From positions 1,216,001 to 1,280,000 of the forward strand of contig CAVWCF010000001.1 of the NCBI GenBank assembly GCA_963753435.1: a stretch of 64,000 bases of DNA. The letters run 5' to 3'. The stretch's first letter is position 1. Each line of letters begins with the position of its first letter. The notes beneath the pieces are model-generated. The model did not search any database. It was given only the letters and a program-made list of their open reading frames with translations, and was not told the origin of the DNA. Below, piece by piece: positions 23,900 to 34,083 of the stretch. The position numbers were made by a program, and so were the translations under genes. The DNA comes from an uncultured Actinomycetota bacterium (GTDB taxonomy: Bacteria > Actinomycetota > Actinomycetes > CAVWCF01).

Positions 23900-24451
23900 C
23901 TAACTGGCCCGACGGGTGACGGTTGGTACCACGTCGATTAGTGGTGCCGAACGCGGCGCAGCCATCGAGAACATGTCGTCGCGCCACGAGGGGGCGACCG
24001 CGGCGTGGACGGCTTCGGGGTCGTCGGTGGCGACCAGGGGGATGTCCAGGCTCAGCGAAGGCTGCTCGGCAGGGCCGGTCCAGACCGCGGGCGGGCCGGC
24101 CCAGATGGGCGGCGTCTCCGGCAATTCGATCTGCCGGACCACTGCGGCGTACTCCGGCAAATCGTCCGGTTCCGGGACGACGACCGGTCGCGGCAGGTCC
24201 AGCGGCTGCGGCTGGTCCGCAGCGGGAGCCGTCGGGCGCGCGGACAATTCGGCCACCTGTGCCCGCAGCAGGTTCACTTCCGCGGTCACCTGTTGCGCGT
24301 AGGCCTCGACGGTTTCGAGTCGCTGCCGCAGGGCGACGACCTCCGGGTCCGGCGCCGGCAGTTGAGTCCCCAGCCGACGACGTCCGCCACGGCGACGCCA
24401 CAACGAGCTCAGCTCGAAACGTTTGCGGCGTGCGTGCCGTCCCCTGCTCAC
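23900..24451 (-). CDS. Hypothetical protein with coiled coil and Pro-rich tail
   Basis: Heptad-like segment; TACCTT 6 nt before the GTG start. Confidence 0.55.
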   Translation of the reverse strand: MSRGRHARRKRFELSSLWRRRGGRRRLGTQLPAPDPEVVALRQRLETVEAYAQQVTAEVNLLRAQVAELSARPTAPAADQPQPLDLPRPVVVPEPDDLPEYAAVVRQIELPETPPIWAGPPAVWTGPAEQPSLSLDIPLVATDDPEAVHAAVAPSWRDDMFSMAAPRSAPLIDVVPTVTRRAS

Positions 24452-24553
24452 GGGCTCAAGGTAAGGCTCAGCGAGGGTTCGTGACTGCCGACGCACCGAC
24501 GCCGGACCGAGCGACGGCGCAGCAGCGGCACCCGCATGCGGCGTTCTCGCTGC

Positions 24554-25024
24554 CTATTCGCCAGAAAGCGGCATTCGCGCTTGTGGGGGTGGCGGGAGGC
24601 GGCAGAAACGTTCCAGGAGCAATCCGGCCCCGAGTAGCGCAGCGCTGCCCAGAGCCGAGACGAGTGCGACCGCCAGCGCCCGGCGCCGGTACTCGGTGTC
24701 CAGATTCCCGAGTACGACCACCGCATAGCCCAGGTAGCCACCCGCGAGTAGTGCGCCGGTTCGCGATGAGGCCAACGCCAGCGCCGCTAGCCGCGCTGCC
24801 GCAAAGGGGCTTATGGGTTTGGCGTTCTCGGCCCGGCGCAACCGCGGTCGCAGCACCAACGCCGCGACGCCGATCGCGACCGCCGCCGACCAGATGATCG
24901 CGGCCGCCGACCAGGGCACGAACGGCAGCCCGTTCGACACTGTCCAGAACCCGACGAGGGCCCACACGGTGATTGCGGCGATGCCAGCCAGCCCCAGCAG
25001 CAGTCCCGGCGATGTCGGCCTCAT
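24554..25024 (-). CDS. DUF3180 membrane protein
   Basis: Four TM helices, LERFCRLP; directly after folK. Confidence 0.85.
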   Translation of the reverse strand: MRPTSPGLLLGLAGIAAITVWALVGFWTVSNGLPFVPWSAAAIIWSAAVAIGVAALVLRPRLRRAENAKPISPFAAARLAALALASSRTGALLAGGYLGYAVVVLGNLDTEYRRRALAVALVSALGSAALLGAGLLLERFCRLPPPPQARMPLSGE

Positions 25025-25521
25025 CCCCGCCCCACCACCAGCGACAGATCCGGGCGGATGCGCACCCCGGAGCCATCGAGCCGGACGGCCAACTCAGCCA
25101 CCGGCCCGAAACCCAGCAGCACGGCGTCCGGATCCGCCTCGGCCCAGGGCAGCAGCACGAACGCTCGCTCGTGCGCTCTTGGGTGCGGCAACACCGGGTC
25201 GGGCGCCATGCGTTCAATCGAGCCGAACGAGACGACGTCCACGTCCAAGGTGCGCGGGCCCCAGCGTTCCAGCCGGGTTCGCTCGGCCGCGGCCTCAACT
25301 GCGTGGCACGCAAGCAGTAGCGCCTCCGGCGTCAGTTGCGTGGTCCCGACCGCGACCGCGTTGAGGTACGAATCCTGTCCGGCGGGGCCGCCGACCGGAT
25401 CGGTCTCATAGACCGACGAAACCGCCGCTATCTGCACGAAGTCCGCCAGCGCGGTCAGCCCGGCCTGCAGGAAGCCCAGTCGGTCGCCGAGGTTGGAACC
25501 CAGGGCCAGCACGACATGCAT
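25021..25521 (-). CDS. folK: HPPK (2-amino-4-hydroxy-6-hydroxymethyldihydropteridine diphosphokinase)
   Basis: LALGSNLGDR, WGPRTLDVD, LPHPR. Confidence 0.96.
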   Translation of the reverse strand: MHVVLALGSNLGDRLGFLQAGLTALADFVQIAAVSSVYETDPVGGPAGQDSYLNAVAVGTTQLTPEALLLACHAVEAAAERTRLERWGPRTLDVDVVSFGSIERMAPDPVLPHPRAHERAFVLLPWAEADPDAVLLGFGPVAELAVRLDGSGVRIRPDLSLVVGRG

Positions 25522-25556
25522 GCGACTCGGCGGGCTCCGACACGGATCGAGATGAC

Positions 25557-25928
25557 TCAGCCACGGACCCTGCGGATGCGCACGGCGATGTCGTCGACCG
25601 CGGCGGAGACCGGCGCCTGGGGCTTGTGCACCGCCACCTCGACGGCGTGTACACGATGGTCGGCCAGGCAGGCCTCAGCGATCCGCTCGGCCAGCGTCTC
25701 GATGAGACGCACCGGTTCGCCAGCCACCAAAGAGCGAACCGACTCGGCGATCGCGCCGTAGTCCACGGTCGCGGCCAAGTCGTCGCTGGCGGCGGCGGCC
25801 GACATCACTCCGTCGACGAGGCTCAGCACCAGATCGACCCGGAACGTCTGCCCCGCCTGCGTCTCGAACTCGAACCAGCCATGGCGGCCGCGCTCAGTCA
25901 GGCCAAGGATCTCAATGCTGTCGTTCAT
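25557..25928 (-). CDS. folB: Dihydroneopterin aldolase
   Basis: GRHG..E..GQ, SDDL..TVDY, LIETLA, HKPQAP. Confidence 0.95.
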   Translation of the reverse strand: MNDSIEILGLTERGRHGWFEFETQAGQTFRVDLVLSLVDGVMSAAAASDDLAATVDYGAIAESVRSLVAGEPVRLIETLAERIAEACLADHRVHAVEVAVHKPQAPVSAAVDDIAVRIRRVRG

Positions 25929-26779
25929 CCGGCCTCCCACCGTTGCGCCACGGCCACAGCATCGCGGCTGGACTGCACATCATGGACGCGAACCCCCCAG
26001 ATGCCGGCTGCGGCAGCCAGGGCGGAGATGGCCGCAGTTGCCGCATCGCGCTCAGCAACCGGCCGCGGCGAGCCGTCCGCACTGAGCAGACTGCCGAGGA
26101 ACCGCTTGCGGCTGGCGCCGATGAGCAGCGGTCGACCAAGTGACGCCAGCCGGTCGAGCCCAGCCAGCAGGGTCCAGTTGTGCTCAGCGGTCTTCGCGAA
26201 ACCAAGCCCCGGGTCCAGGACGACCCGGTCGGCAGCCACGCCGGCGTCCACTGCGGCCTGCAGCCGCTGCGCCAGATGGGCCCGGACGTCCTCAAGTACG
26301 TCCACATAGTCGAGGTGACTGTCCATCTCGTCGCTGTGTCCGCGCCAGTGCATCGCGACGTAAGGCGCGGAGACACCCGCCATCGCCGGCAGCATGTCCG
26401 GGTCGGCCAGCCCGCCGCTGACGTCGTTGACGATGACCGCGCCCGACTGCACCGCGGCGATCGCGACCGCAGCGCGCATCGTGTCCACCGATACCGCAAC
26501 CCCAGCCGAACTCAACGCGGCAACGACCGGCAGGACGCGGTCGGACTCCGCCACCGCCGAGACCCGCACGGCCCCAGGCCGGGTTGATTCCCCGCCCACG
26601 TCGACCACGTCGGCGCCGGCAGCGGCCATGGCCAGCCCGTGCTCGATTGCTGCTTGCGGGTCCAGGTAGCGGCCGCCGTCGGAGAAGGAGTCCGACGTCA
26701 CGTTCAGCACCCCCATGACCAGGGTGCGCGACAGATTCAGGGTTGCCGGAAGCCCGGATGGACCCACACCCGCAACCAC
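25925..26779 (-). CDS. folP: Dihydropteroate synthase
   Basis: MGVLNVTSDSFSDGG, GGESTRPG, DPGLGF, SRKRF, RVHDV. Confidence 0.97.
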   Translation of the reverse strand: MVAGVGPSGLPATLNLSRTLVMGVLNVTSDSFSDGGRYLDPQAAIEHGLAMAAAGADVVDVGGESTRPGAVRVSAVAESDRVLPVVAALSSAGVAVSVDTMRAAVAIAAVQSGAVIVNDVSGGLADPDMLPAMAGVSAPYVAMHWRGHSDEMDSHLDYVDVLEDVRAHLAQRLQAAVDAGVAADRVVLDPGLGFAKTAEHNWTLLAGLDRLASLGRPLLIGASRKRFLGSLLSADGSPRPVAERDAATAAISALAAAAGIWGVRVHDVQSSRDAVAVAQRWEAG

Positions 26780-26790
26780 AGCGGCAGAAC

Positions 26791-27400
26791 CTAGCGCGGG
26801 CGCAGGATGAGGCTCATCGCCTCGGCCCGAGTCGCCGGGTCACGCAGTTGTCCGCGGACAGCCGACGTGATCGTCAGCGCCCCCGGCTTCTTGACCCCGC
26901 GGATCGACATGCACAGGTGCTCCGCCTCGATCACCACGATCGCTCCACGCGGTTGCAGCAGCCGCACCAAAGAGTCGGCGACTTGGGAAGTCAGCCGCTC
27001 CTGAACCTGCGGCCGCTTGGAGTAGACGTCCACCAGGCGCGCCAGCTTGCTCAAGCCGGTGATCCGGCCCTCCGCGGCGGGCACGTAGCCGACGTGCGCA
27101 ACGCCGTGAAACGGCACCAGGTGGTGCTCGCAGAACGACGTGAGCGAGATGTCGCGGACCAACACCATCTCGTCGTGACCCAGGTCGAAAGTTGTGGTCA
27201 GTGCGTCCTCCGGTTGCTGCCGCAATCCGGAGAACACCTCCGCGTACATCCGGGCGACGCGCTCAGGGGTGTCGCGCAAGACCTTCCCGGTCCGGGTCCT
27301 CACCGATCGCCACAATCAACTCGCGCACTGCGGCGGCGGCACGGTCATGGTCGAACGAGGCCGTCACGACCGAGTCTTCCTCCGGCCCAACCGGATCCAC
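26791..27400 (-). CDS. folE: GTP cyclohydrolase I, +1 frameshift at ~27278
   Basis: [10 protein letters not shown] then RDTPERVA in the shifted frame; [17 protein letters not shown]. Confidence 0.92.
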
Positions 27401-27402
27401 GT

Positions 27403-29382
27403 TCAGTCGCCCTCGGTTGTGCTCGGTGCCGACCCCAACTCCGCAGCCGGCGATCCCGTTCCGGCGTCGTGCGGCCCGTGCCCGTTGCTGGTCACCGGGG
27501 GCAGCGCCACCGGGCCGCGGTCCGACACGGGTCGCTTGTCGCTGGACAACCAGATCGGGCGGATGGGGCGCTTGCGGATGGGAACGAAGATCCGCTCAAC
27601 CTGTTCCTTGTCCAACGTCTCGCGTTCCATCAGCTCCAACACCAGTGCGTCCAGCACGTCGCGGTTGTCCACCAGCACGGTCCAGGCCTCATCGTGGGCC
27701 GACTCGATCAGGCGGCGCACCTCGTCGTCGACCACTTCGGCCACGCCCTCGGAGTAGTCGCGTACGTGGGCCATGTCCCGACCGAGGAACACCTCGTCGT
27801 TCTGCTTGCCCAGTTGCACCGCGCCGAGGCGCTCGCTCATGCCGTACTGAGTGACCATGGCCCGCGCCAGCGATGTCGCCTTCTCGATGTCATTGGCAGC
27901 ACCCGTGGTCGGGTCGTGGAAGACGATCTCCTCGGCCACTCGCCCGCCCAGCATGTACGCGAGCTGGTCCAGCATCTCGTTGCGGGTGGTCGAGTACTTG
28001 TCCTCATCCGGCAGCACCATCGTGTAACCGAGGGCGCGGCCACGCGGCAGGATCGTGACCTTGTGGACCGGGTCGGTGTGGTTCAACGCCGCAGCGACCA
28101 GCGCGTGTCCGCCTTCGTGGTAGGCGGTGATCAGCTTTTCCTTCTCGCCCATGAGCCTGGTCCGCTTCTGCGGGCCCGCCAGCACACGGTCGATCGCCTC
28201 ATCCATGACCGGCTTGTCGATCAGCGTGCCGCCGCCGCGGGCGGTCAACAGCGCCGCTTCGTTCAGCACGTTGGCCAAGTCGGCGCCGGTGAACCCGGGG
28301 GTGCGCTTGGCCACGCTGCGTAGGTCCACCGTGGGGTCGATCGGTTTGCCCTTGGCATGCACGCCGAGGATCTGCTCGCGGCCGTTTAGGTCGGGGCGCT
28401 CCACAGCGATCTGCCGGTCGAATCGACCGGGTCGCAGCAGCGCCGGGTCCAGGATGTCGGGACGGTTCGTGGCGGCGATCAGGATCACGCCGCCGGACAC
28501 GTCGAAGCCGTCCATCTCCACGAGCAACTGGTTGAGCGTCTGCTCCCGCTCATCGTGACCGCCACCCATCCCGGCCCCACGGTGGCGACCCACGGCATCG
28601 ATCTCGTCGACGAAGACGATCGCCGGGGCGTTGGTCTTGGCCTGCTCGAAGAGGTCGCGCACGCGCGAAGCGCCAACGCCGACGAACATCTCCACGAAGT
28701 CCGAACCGGAGATGGAGAAGAACGGAACGCCGGCCTCGCCGGCGACGGCGCGGGCCAGGAGCGTCTTACCGGTTCCCGGCGGGCCATAGAGCAGTACGCC
28801 CTTGGGGATCTTGGCGCCGACCGCTTGGAACTTGCCAGGCTCGGCCAGGAACTCCTTGATCTCCTCGAGTTCCTCCACCGCCTCGGCGGCACCGGCGACG
28901 TCGGCGAAAGTGGTCGTCGGCATGTCCTTGCTGACCAGCTTGGCTTTGGCCTTGCCGAAGTTCATAACGCGGGAGCCGCCGCCGCTCATCTGCGTCATCA
29001 AGAAGAAGAAGAGGCCGAGCAGCAGGAGGATCGGCAGCAGGTTCACCAGCAGGGTGACCAGCAGGCCCTGGGTGGGCACCTCGGAGTTGTAGCCATCCGG
29101 CGGCGGGTTCTCGACCAGCAACTCGGTGATCAGCGCACCCTGGGATTCGATGTACTCCGACTTGAGTTGATCGCCGTTCTTGAGGTCCACCTCGATGCGC
29201 TGGTCGCGGTCGATCACCTTGGCCTTGGCGACCTGGCCTTCCTGCAGTGCATCGATGACCTCGGAGGTGTCAACGGACTCGTATCCACGGTCACCGCCGA
29301 TGAACTGGCTGGCGACCAGCACGGCCACAAACGCAATCAGGATCCACAGCAGCGGACCCCGGGTGAATCGCTTCCAGTTCAT
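27403..29382 (-). CDS. ftsH: ATP-dependent zinc metalloprotease FtsH
   Basis: Two TM helices, [13 protein letters not shown]. Confidence 0.98.
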   Translation of the reverse strand: MNWKRFTRGPLLWILIAFVAVLVASQFIGGDRGYESVDTSEVIDALQEGQVAKAKVIDRDQRIEVDLKNGDQLKSEYIESQGALITELLVENPPPDGYNSEVPTQGLLVTLLVNLLPILLLLGLFFFLMTQMSGGGSRVMNFGKAKAKLVSKDMPTTTFADVAGAAEAVEELEEIKEFLAEPGKFQAVGAKIPKGVLLYGPPGTGKTLLARAVAGEAGVPFFSISGSDFVEMFVGVGASRVRDLFEQAKTNAPAIVFVDEIDAVGRHRGAGMGGGHDEREQTLNQLLVEMDGFDVSGGVILIAATNRPDILDPALLRPGRFDRQIAVERPDLNGREQILGVHAKGKPIDPTVDLRSVAKRTPGFTGADLANVLNEAALLTARGGGTLIDKPVMDEAIDRVLAGPQKRTRLMGEKEKLITAYHEGGHALVAAALNHTDPVHKVTILPRGRALGYTMVLPDEDKYSTTRNEMLDQLAYMLGGRVAEEIVFHDPTTGAANDIEKATSLARAMVTQYGMSERLGAVQLGKQNDEVFLGRDMAHVRDYSEGVAEVVDDEVRRLIESAHDEAWTVLVDNRDVLDALVLELMERETLDKEQVERIFVPIRKRPIRPIWLSSDKRPVSDRGPVALPPVTSNGHGPHDAGTGSPAAELGSAPSTTEGD

Positions 29383-29433
29383 CGAAATGACGGTACACCG
29401 CCCGTCCAATCGGCCCCGACTCGTGGGCGGGAA

Positions 29434-29991
29434 TCAGCCAGAGGCGTACACGTGCGGGGCCAGGGTCGCCACGAACGGCAAGTGCCGGTACCGCTCGGCG
29501 TAGTCGAGGCCGTACCCGACGACGAACTCGTTGGGGATGTCGAAGCCGACGTACTTGACCGGGACGGCCACCTTCATCGCCTCCGGCTTACGCAGCATGG
29601 TGCAGACCTCAACCGAGGCGGGGCCGCGGCTGCGCAGGTTGCGCAGCAGCCAGGACAGCGTCAGACCGGAGTCGACGATGTCCTCCACCACGATGACGTG
29701 GCGGTTGGTGATGTCGCGGTCAAGGTCCTTGAGGATGCGCACGACACCGCTGGACTTGGTCCCGGATCCGTAGGACGACACCGCCATCCAGTCCATCTCG
29801 ACAGGAATGCTGATTGCACGGGACAGGTCCGCCATGACCATCACGGCGCCTTTGAGCACGCCGACCAACAGCGGCGGGTCGCCGGCGTAGTCCTTGTCGA
29901 TCTCCGCTGCCAGTTCCTGGATCCTCTGGGAGATCTCCTCGGCGGTGAGCAGCACCTTCGCCAGATCGTCCGCTACATCCTCTTGGTTCAC
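29434..29991 (-). CDS. hpt: Hypoxanthine phosphoribosyltransferase
   Basis: [19 protein letters not shown]. Confidence 0.97.
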   Translation of the reverse strand: MNQEDVADDLAKVLLTAEEISQRIQELAAEIDKDYAGDPPLLVGVLKGAVMVMADLSRAISIPVEMDWMAVSSYGSGTKSSGVVRILKDLDRDITNRHVIVVEDIVDSGLTLSWLLRNLRSRGPASVEVCTMLRKPEAMKVAVPVKYVGFDIPNEFVVGYGLDYAERYRHLPFVATLAPHVYASG

Positions 29992-29994
29992 GCC

Positions 29995-30990
29995 TCAGCT
30001 CTCATCCGTGCGCCCGGCCAGCCGCAGCCTGCCATATTCGCGACTGCCCGAAACCGGTCCAGGCAACGCCGCTGGACCTTGCCCACTCCAGTCCGACACC
30101 AGCGCCTCCAAGCAGCCAACGTGCTCGTAGGTGAGCGAACCCGCGGGACTGCCGGCAGCGATGGCCGCCCGGCGCAGCACCCGCGTTCGCACCGCCCGGG
30201 GCAGCCGGGCCAGTGACTCCAGGTCCAGCAGGACGTCGTCCCGGCGCTCCGGGTCGAAGCGGCGGGCCTGCTCCAAGCCCGAGTCGGCCGCCGCCGACAA
30301 GGCCTCGTCGTCATCGCGAAGCAGATCGGCCGTGCGGGCCAGCGCGGCCGCGACACCGGGGCCGAACGTGGCCTGCAGCCGGGGCATGACGTCGCCGCGT
30401 AACCGCGCCCGCAAGTAGCGGGGGTCGCGGTTGTGCGGGTCCTCCCACGCTTGCAGCCGCCAATGAGCGCATGCGGCCAGCGTCACCTCGCGCGGAAGGT
30501 CCAGCAGCGGTCGCATGAAGGACACCCCGCCGCGGGTGAACGCCGCCGGCATGCCGGCCAGCGAACGGGCCCCCGACCCACGAGCCAGCCCGAGCAGGAC
30601 CGTCTCGGCCTGGTCGTCCTGGGTGTGGCCGAGAAGCACGCACGCGGATTGCTGCTGCCCGGCTTCGACCAACGCCGCGTAGCGGGCAGCCCGAGCGGCC
30701 GCCTCCGGGCCGTTGCCCGATTCGGTCACAACCACCCGTTGCACCTGCGCCGGCACGCCATGAGCGGTCAGCGTCGCTGCCGCAGTCGCAGCCACTTGAT
30801 CCGAACCACGCTGCAGCCCGTGGTCAACGATCAGCGCGGCCACCTCGCCAGGCCGCTCCAGGCCGGCCGCGACCGCCAGCGCCAACGAATCGGGGCCGCC
30901 GCTGCAGGCCACCAGCAACCGATCGTGGCTTCGGGTCGCCGCCCGGACGGCGCGGCGCACCTGGGCGGCGGCGTCGCGGGCGGTAGTCAT
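29995..30990 (-). CDS. tilS: tRNA(Ile)-lysidine synthetase
   Basis: SGGPDS, DHGL, GHTQDDQAET. Confidence 0.95.
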   Translation of the reverse strand: MTTARDAAAQVRRAVRAATRSHDRLLVACSGGPDSLALAVAAGLERPGEVAALIVDHGLQRGSDQVAATAAATLTAHGVPAQVQRVVVTESGNGPEAAARAARYAALVEAGQQQSACVLLGHTQDDQAETVLLGLARGSGARSLAGMPAAFTRGGVSFMRPLLDLPREVTLAACAHWRLQAWEDPHNRDPRYLRARLRGDVMPRLQATFGPGVAAALARTADLLRDDDEALSAAADSGLEQARRFDPERRDDVLLDLESLARLPRAVRTRVLRRAAIAAGSPAGSLTYEHVGCLEALVSDWSGQGPAALPGPVSGSREYGRLRLAGRTDES

Positions 30991-30994
30991 CGGC

Positions 30995-32035
30995 TCACGC
31001 GTGGACGCGATCGACCCATAGGTCCGGGTCGGCGATCTCCGCGGCGGTCGGTACTTGTTCCGGTCCTTGCCACACGACGTTGAAACCGGACATGCCGACC
31101 CGGCCGACCACGGCGCGGACGAACCTCGCGCCGTCGCGGTACTGCCGCAGCTTTGCGTCCATACCGAGCAGTCGTCGAACGACGGAATCGACCGCTCCCG
31201 GCGACGAACGCCGCCGTTCCATCCGCTCCCTGAGTTGGCCCACGCTGGGCACCACCGTGGGCCCCACCTCGTCCATCACGACGTCGGCGTGCCCCTCCAG
31301 CAGCGACATGACCGCTACCAGCCGCTCGGCCTGGGCGGCCTGCTCCGGACTCAACGCGGCTGTGAGCAGGTCGGCGTCCCCGCCACCGCGCGACAATGAC
31401 GACGCAGCGGTCTTGATCCGCTCCAGGAGTTGGGCCGGGTCTTCGGCCAGCGTCGACACGAGCTCGGCTACTCCATCGAGCAGGAACGAACGCAGCCAGG
31501 GAGCTGCACCGAACTGCACCCGATGGGTCTCCTCGTGCAGGCAGACCCAAAGCCGAAAGTCGTTGCCGTCCACACCCATCGCCCGCTCGGCCGCCAGGAC
31601 ATTCGGCGCGACCAGCAGCAGCCGCCCGATGCCGGCACCGGGACCGGACGCCGGTCCGATGAGGTCGTACTGCCCCAGGACCTTGCCGGAAAGCCAGCCC
31701 AGCACCGCACCTATCTCCACGGCGGTTAGCCGTTGCCCGACCTCGCGGACCAAGGCGGACGAGGGCTCTGGTGCGGACTGCTCGACCGGTTCGAGCACCG
31801 TCTGAAAGGTGGCGACGTTGGCCCGGATCCAGGAGGCGCGGTCGACTACCAGCACCGGCACCTCGCGTTCGGCCACCAGCCCGGTGACCTCGCGGACCGG
31901 ATCAACCGCCCGCAGCGCCGCCGTTCGCAGCCCGGTCACCACCGATCGGGCCTGCTCGATCTCCACCCTCGGCCCGCGCCGGGCGGCCTTGATGCCCAGG
32001 GTGACCGCCAAGTCCCAGTCAACGAGTTGCGGCAT
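30995..32035 (-). CDS. Zincin-like metalloprotease (DUF2342 family)
   Basis: HEETH, LLEGHAD; conserved between dacB and tilS. Confidence 0.88.
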   Translation of the reverse strand: MPQLVDWDLAVTLGIKAARRGPRVEIEQARSVVTGLRTAALRAVDPVREVTGLVAEREVPVLVVDRASWIRANVATFQTVLEPVEQSAPEPSSALVREVGQRLTAVEIGAVLGWLSGKVLGQYDLIGPASGPGAGIGRLLLVAPNVLAAERAMGVDGNDFRLWVCLHEETHRVQFGAAPWLRSFLLDGVAELVSTLAEDPAQLLERIKTAASSLSRGGGDADLLTAALSPEQAAQAERLVAVMSLLEGHADVVMDEVGPTVVPSVGQLRERMERRRSSPGAVDSVVRRLLGMDAKLRQYRDGARFVRAVVGRVGMSGFNVVWQGPEQVPTAAEIADPDLWVDRVHA

Positions 32036-32053
32036 GTGCGGACCGTACGCGGT

Positions 32054-33436
32054 TCAGCGGCATCCGCACGTGGCCAATGCGGCAGCCACCTGATCGAGGG
32101 CATCCCGGGCGGCCAGCGTTGCGCCGGGCGGGACCGCGTCGGCGATCACCGCGAACGCCAGGAGCCGGCCATCCGCGTCGACCACAAGGCCGGCCAGGCT
32201 GCTCACGCCGGTCAAGGTGCCCGTCTTGCCGCGGACGAGCCCGGCGCCCGGCTCCGAATCCGTCGTGTCGAACCGTTCGGCCAGCGTTCCGCTGAAGCCG
32301 GCGACGGACATCCCGGCTGCGACCGCAGTGGCGTCCGCAGCCGCAACCGTCAGTGTGTCGGTGACCGCCTGCGCCGGCAGCCGGGTGGACCGGGACAGGC
32401 CGCTGGCATCGGCGAGCGCGGCACCGGTCACATCAACTCCCAGGCCGGCGACCGTCTGCGTGATGGCCAAGGTCGCGGCGGAACTGGTCCCGGCGGCTCC
32501 GGTGGCGATGGCCACGTGCCGACCGAGGGCTTCGGCGTAGTCGTTGTTGCTGGTTTCGAGCATCCGCTCGACCAGCGCCGACAGTTGTGCGGACTCGACG
32601 GCAGCCACCTCGGCTGCCTGCGCCGCGTCCGCTGCGCCGCGAGTTGGGGGTCCACTGACGCTCACCCCGGCGCCGGTGAGCGCGGTCGCGAACGCCGCCG
32701 CGGCGCGGCCGGCCGGATCGGTCACAACCTCGTCCTCGTCCCGGCTGATGCTGAGCGCCGAAACCGGGGCCACAACCCCGCTGGCGACGTACCCGTCCGG
32801 CCACGTTTCGGGGTTGGCGCCGACGAACAGGGAGTCGTCGTAGCGCAACTCGACCGGCCCAGTGATGCCACGAGCGGTGAGCGCGTCGGCCGTGCCGGCA
32901 GCCAGTTCGGTGAGCGTGCCGCCGGTCGGGGTGTCCGCAGCGGTCGCCCCGAGTCCGGGGTCACCGCCGCCAACAAGGGTGAGTACCGGCGCCGAGTTCG
33001 GCGGCGTTTGCAGGAGGACCGTCGTCTGGAAGCGGTGCTCCGGCGACAGGGACTGCAAAGCAGCTGTGGCGGTCAGGATCTTCACGACCGAGGCGGAGAT
33101 GAGGGACTGATCCGCGGACGCGCCATAAAGCGAGGTGCCGGTGACGGCGTCCGTCACCGAGACCGAGACGGACTGGCCCAGGTCGGGGTCCGCCAGCAGG
33201 GGGGTGAGCACGGCCGCCAGTCCGGCCGCCGTGGGGAGCGTGGCGGCGTCGCCGACCTGCTGCAGCAACGCTTCGGTGCTTGGGCTCGGGGAAGGCGACG
33301 GCGTGGGTTCGACCCGTTCCGAGTCGTTGTCCCAGGTCCCGGCCCAGAACAACAGGACGGCGGTGATGACGAGCAACACGCCGATCGCCACGAAACGCGT
33401 CCGTGTGGACCAATCCGCGGGGGAGGTAACGCGCAT
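32054..33436 (-). CDS. dacB: D-Ala-D-Ala carboxypeptidase/endopeptidase (PBP4, S13 family)
   Basis: SVVK, SNN and KTG motifs; N-terminal TM. Confidence 0.93.
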   Translation of the reverse strand: MRVTSPADWSTRTRFVAIGVLLVITAVLLFWAGTWDNDSERVEPTPSPSPSPSTEALLQQVGDAATLPTAAGLAAVLTPLLADPDLGQSVSVSVTDAVTGTSLYGASADQSLISASVVKILTATAALQSLSPEHRFQTTVLLQTPPNSAPVLTLVGGGDPGLGATAADTPTGGTLTELAAGTADALTARGITGPVELRYDDSLFVGANPETWPDGYVASGVVAPVSALSISRDEDEVVTDPAGRAAAAFATALTGAGVSVSGPPTRGAADAAQAAEVAAVESAQLSALVERMLETSNNDYAEALGRHVAIATGAAGTSSAATLAITQTVAGLGVDVTGAALADASGLSRSTRLPAQAVTDTLTVAAADATAVAAGMSVAGFSGTLAERFDTTDSEPGAGLVRGKTGTLTGVSSLAGLVVDADGRLLAFAVIADAVPPGATLAARDALDQVAAALATCGCR

Positions 33437-33531
33437 GCGCCCTCCTTACGACTCGTGATCAGCGTCCACCGGCGGTACCGGGACCTGCGAACCGGCACAC
33501 TAGGCGGCGCAGCAGCCAGTGAGGAGGGCCG

Positions 33532-34020
33532 GTGGAGTTCGACGTAACGATCGAGATCCCCAAGGGTCAGCGCAACAAGTACGAGGTCGACCACGCGACC
33601 GGACGCATCCGCCTCGACCGGATGCTGTTCACCTCGACCCGCTACCCGGCCGACTACGGCTTCATTGAGGACACCCTGGGTGAGGACGGCGACCCCCTCG
33701 ACGCGCTGGTCCTGCTGGACGAGCCGACGTTCCCGGGGTGCCTGATCTCGTGCCGGGCGATCGGGATGTACCGGATGACCGACGAGAAGGGCGGCGACGA
33801 CAAGGTCCTGTGCGTGCCGGCCGGCGACCCGCGCATGGAGCACCTGCGCGACGTCTACCACGTCGCCGAGTTCGACCGGCTGGAGATCCAGCACTTCTTC
33901 GAGGTCTACAAGGACCTGGAACCGGGCAAGAGCGTCGAGGGCGCCACCTGGGTGGGCCGGGAAGCGGCCGAGGCGGAGATCACCCGGTCCTACGCGCGGG
34001 CGAAGGCAAGCGGCCACTGA
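33532..34020 (+). CDS. ppa: Soluble inorganic pyrophosphatase
   Basis: [16 protein letters not shown]. Confidence 0.97.
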   Translation: MEFDVTIEIPKGQRNKYEVDHATGRIRLDRMLFTSTRYPADYGFIEDTLGEDGDPLDALVLLDEPTFPGCLISCRAIGMYRMTDEKGGDDKVLCVPAGDPRMEHLRDVYHVAEFDRLEIQHFFEVYKDLEPGKSVEGATWVGREAAEAEITRSYARAKASGH

Positions 34021-34034
34021 GCACTGCGCTGGAC

Positions 34035-34076
34035 TGTGCGCCGAAATTCCGGCGTAGCGCTAACAGAGCGGCTCTG
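34035..34076. repeat. 42-bp dispersed REP-like repeat, copy 2
   Basis: 35/42 identical to 13251-13292. Confidence 0.75.
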
Positions 34077-34083
34077 ATCGAGG

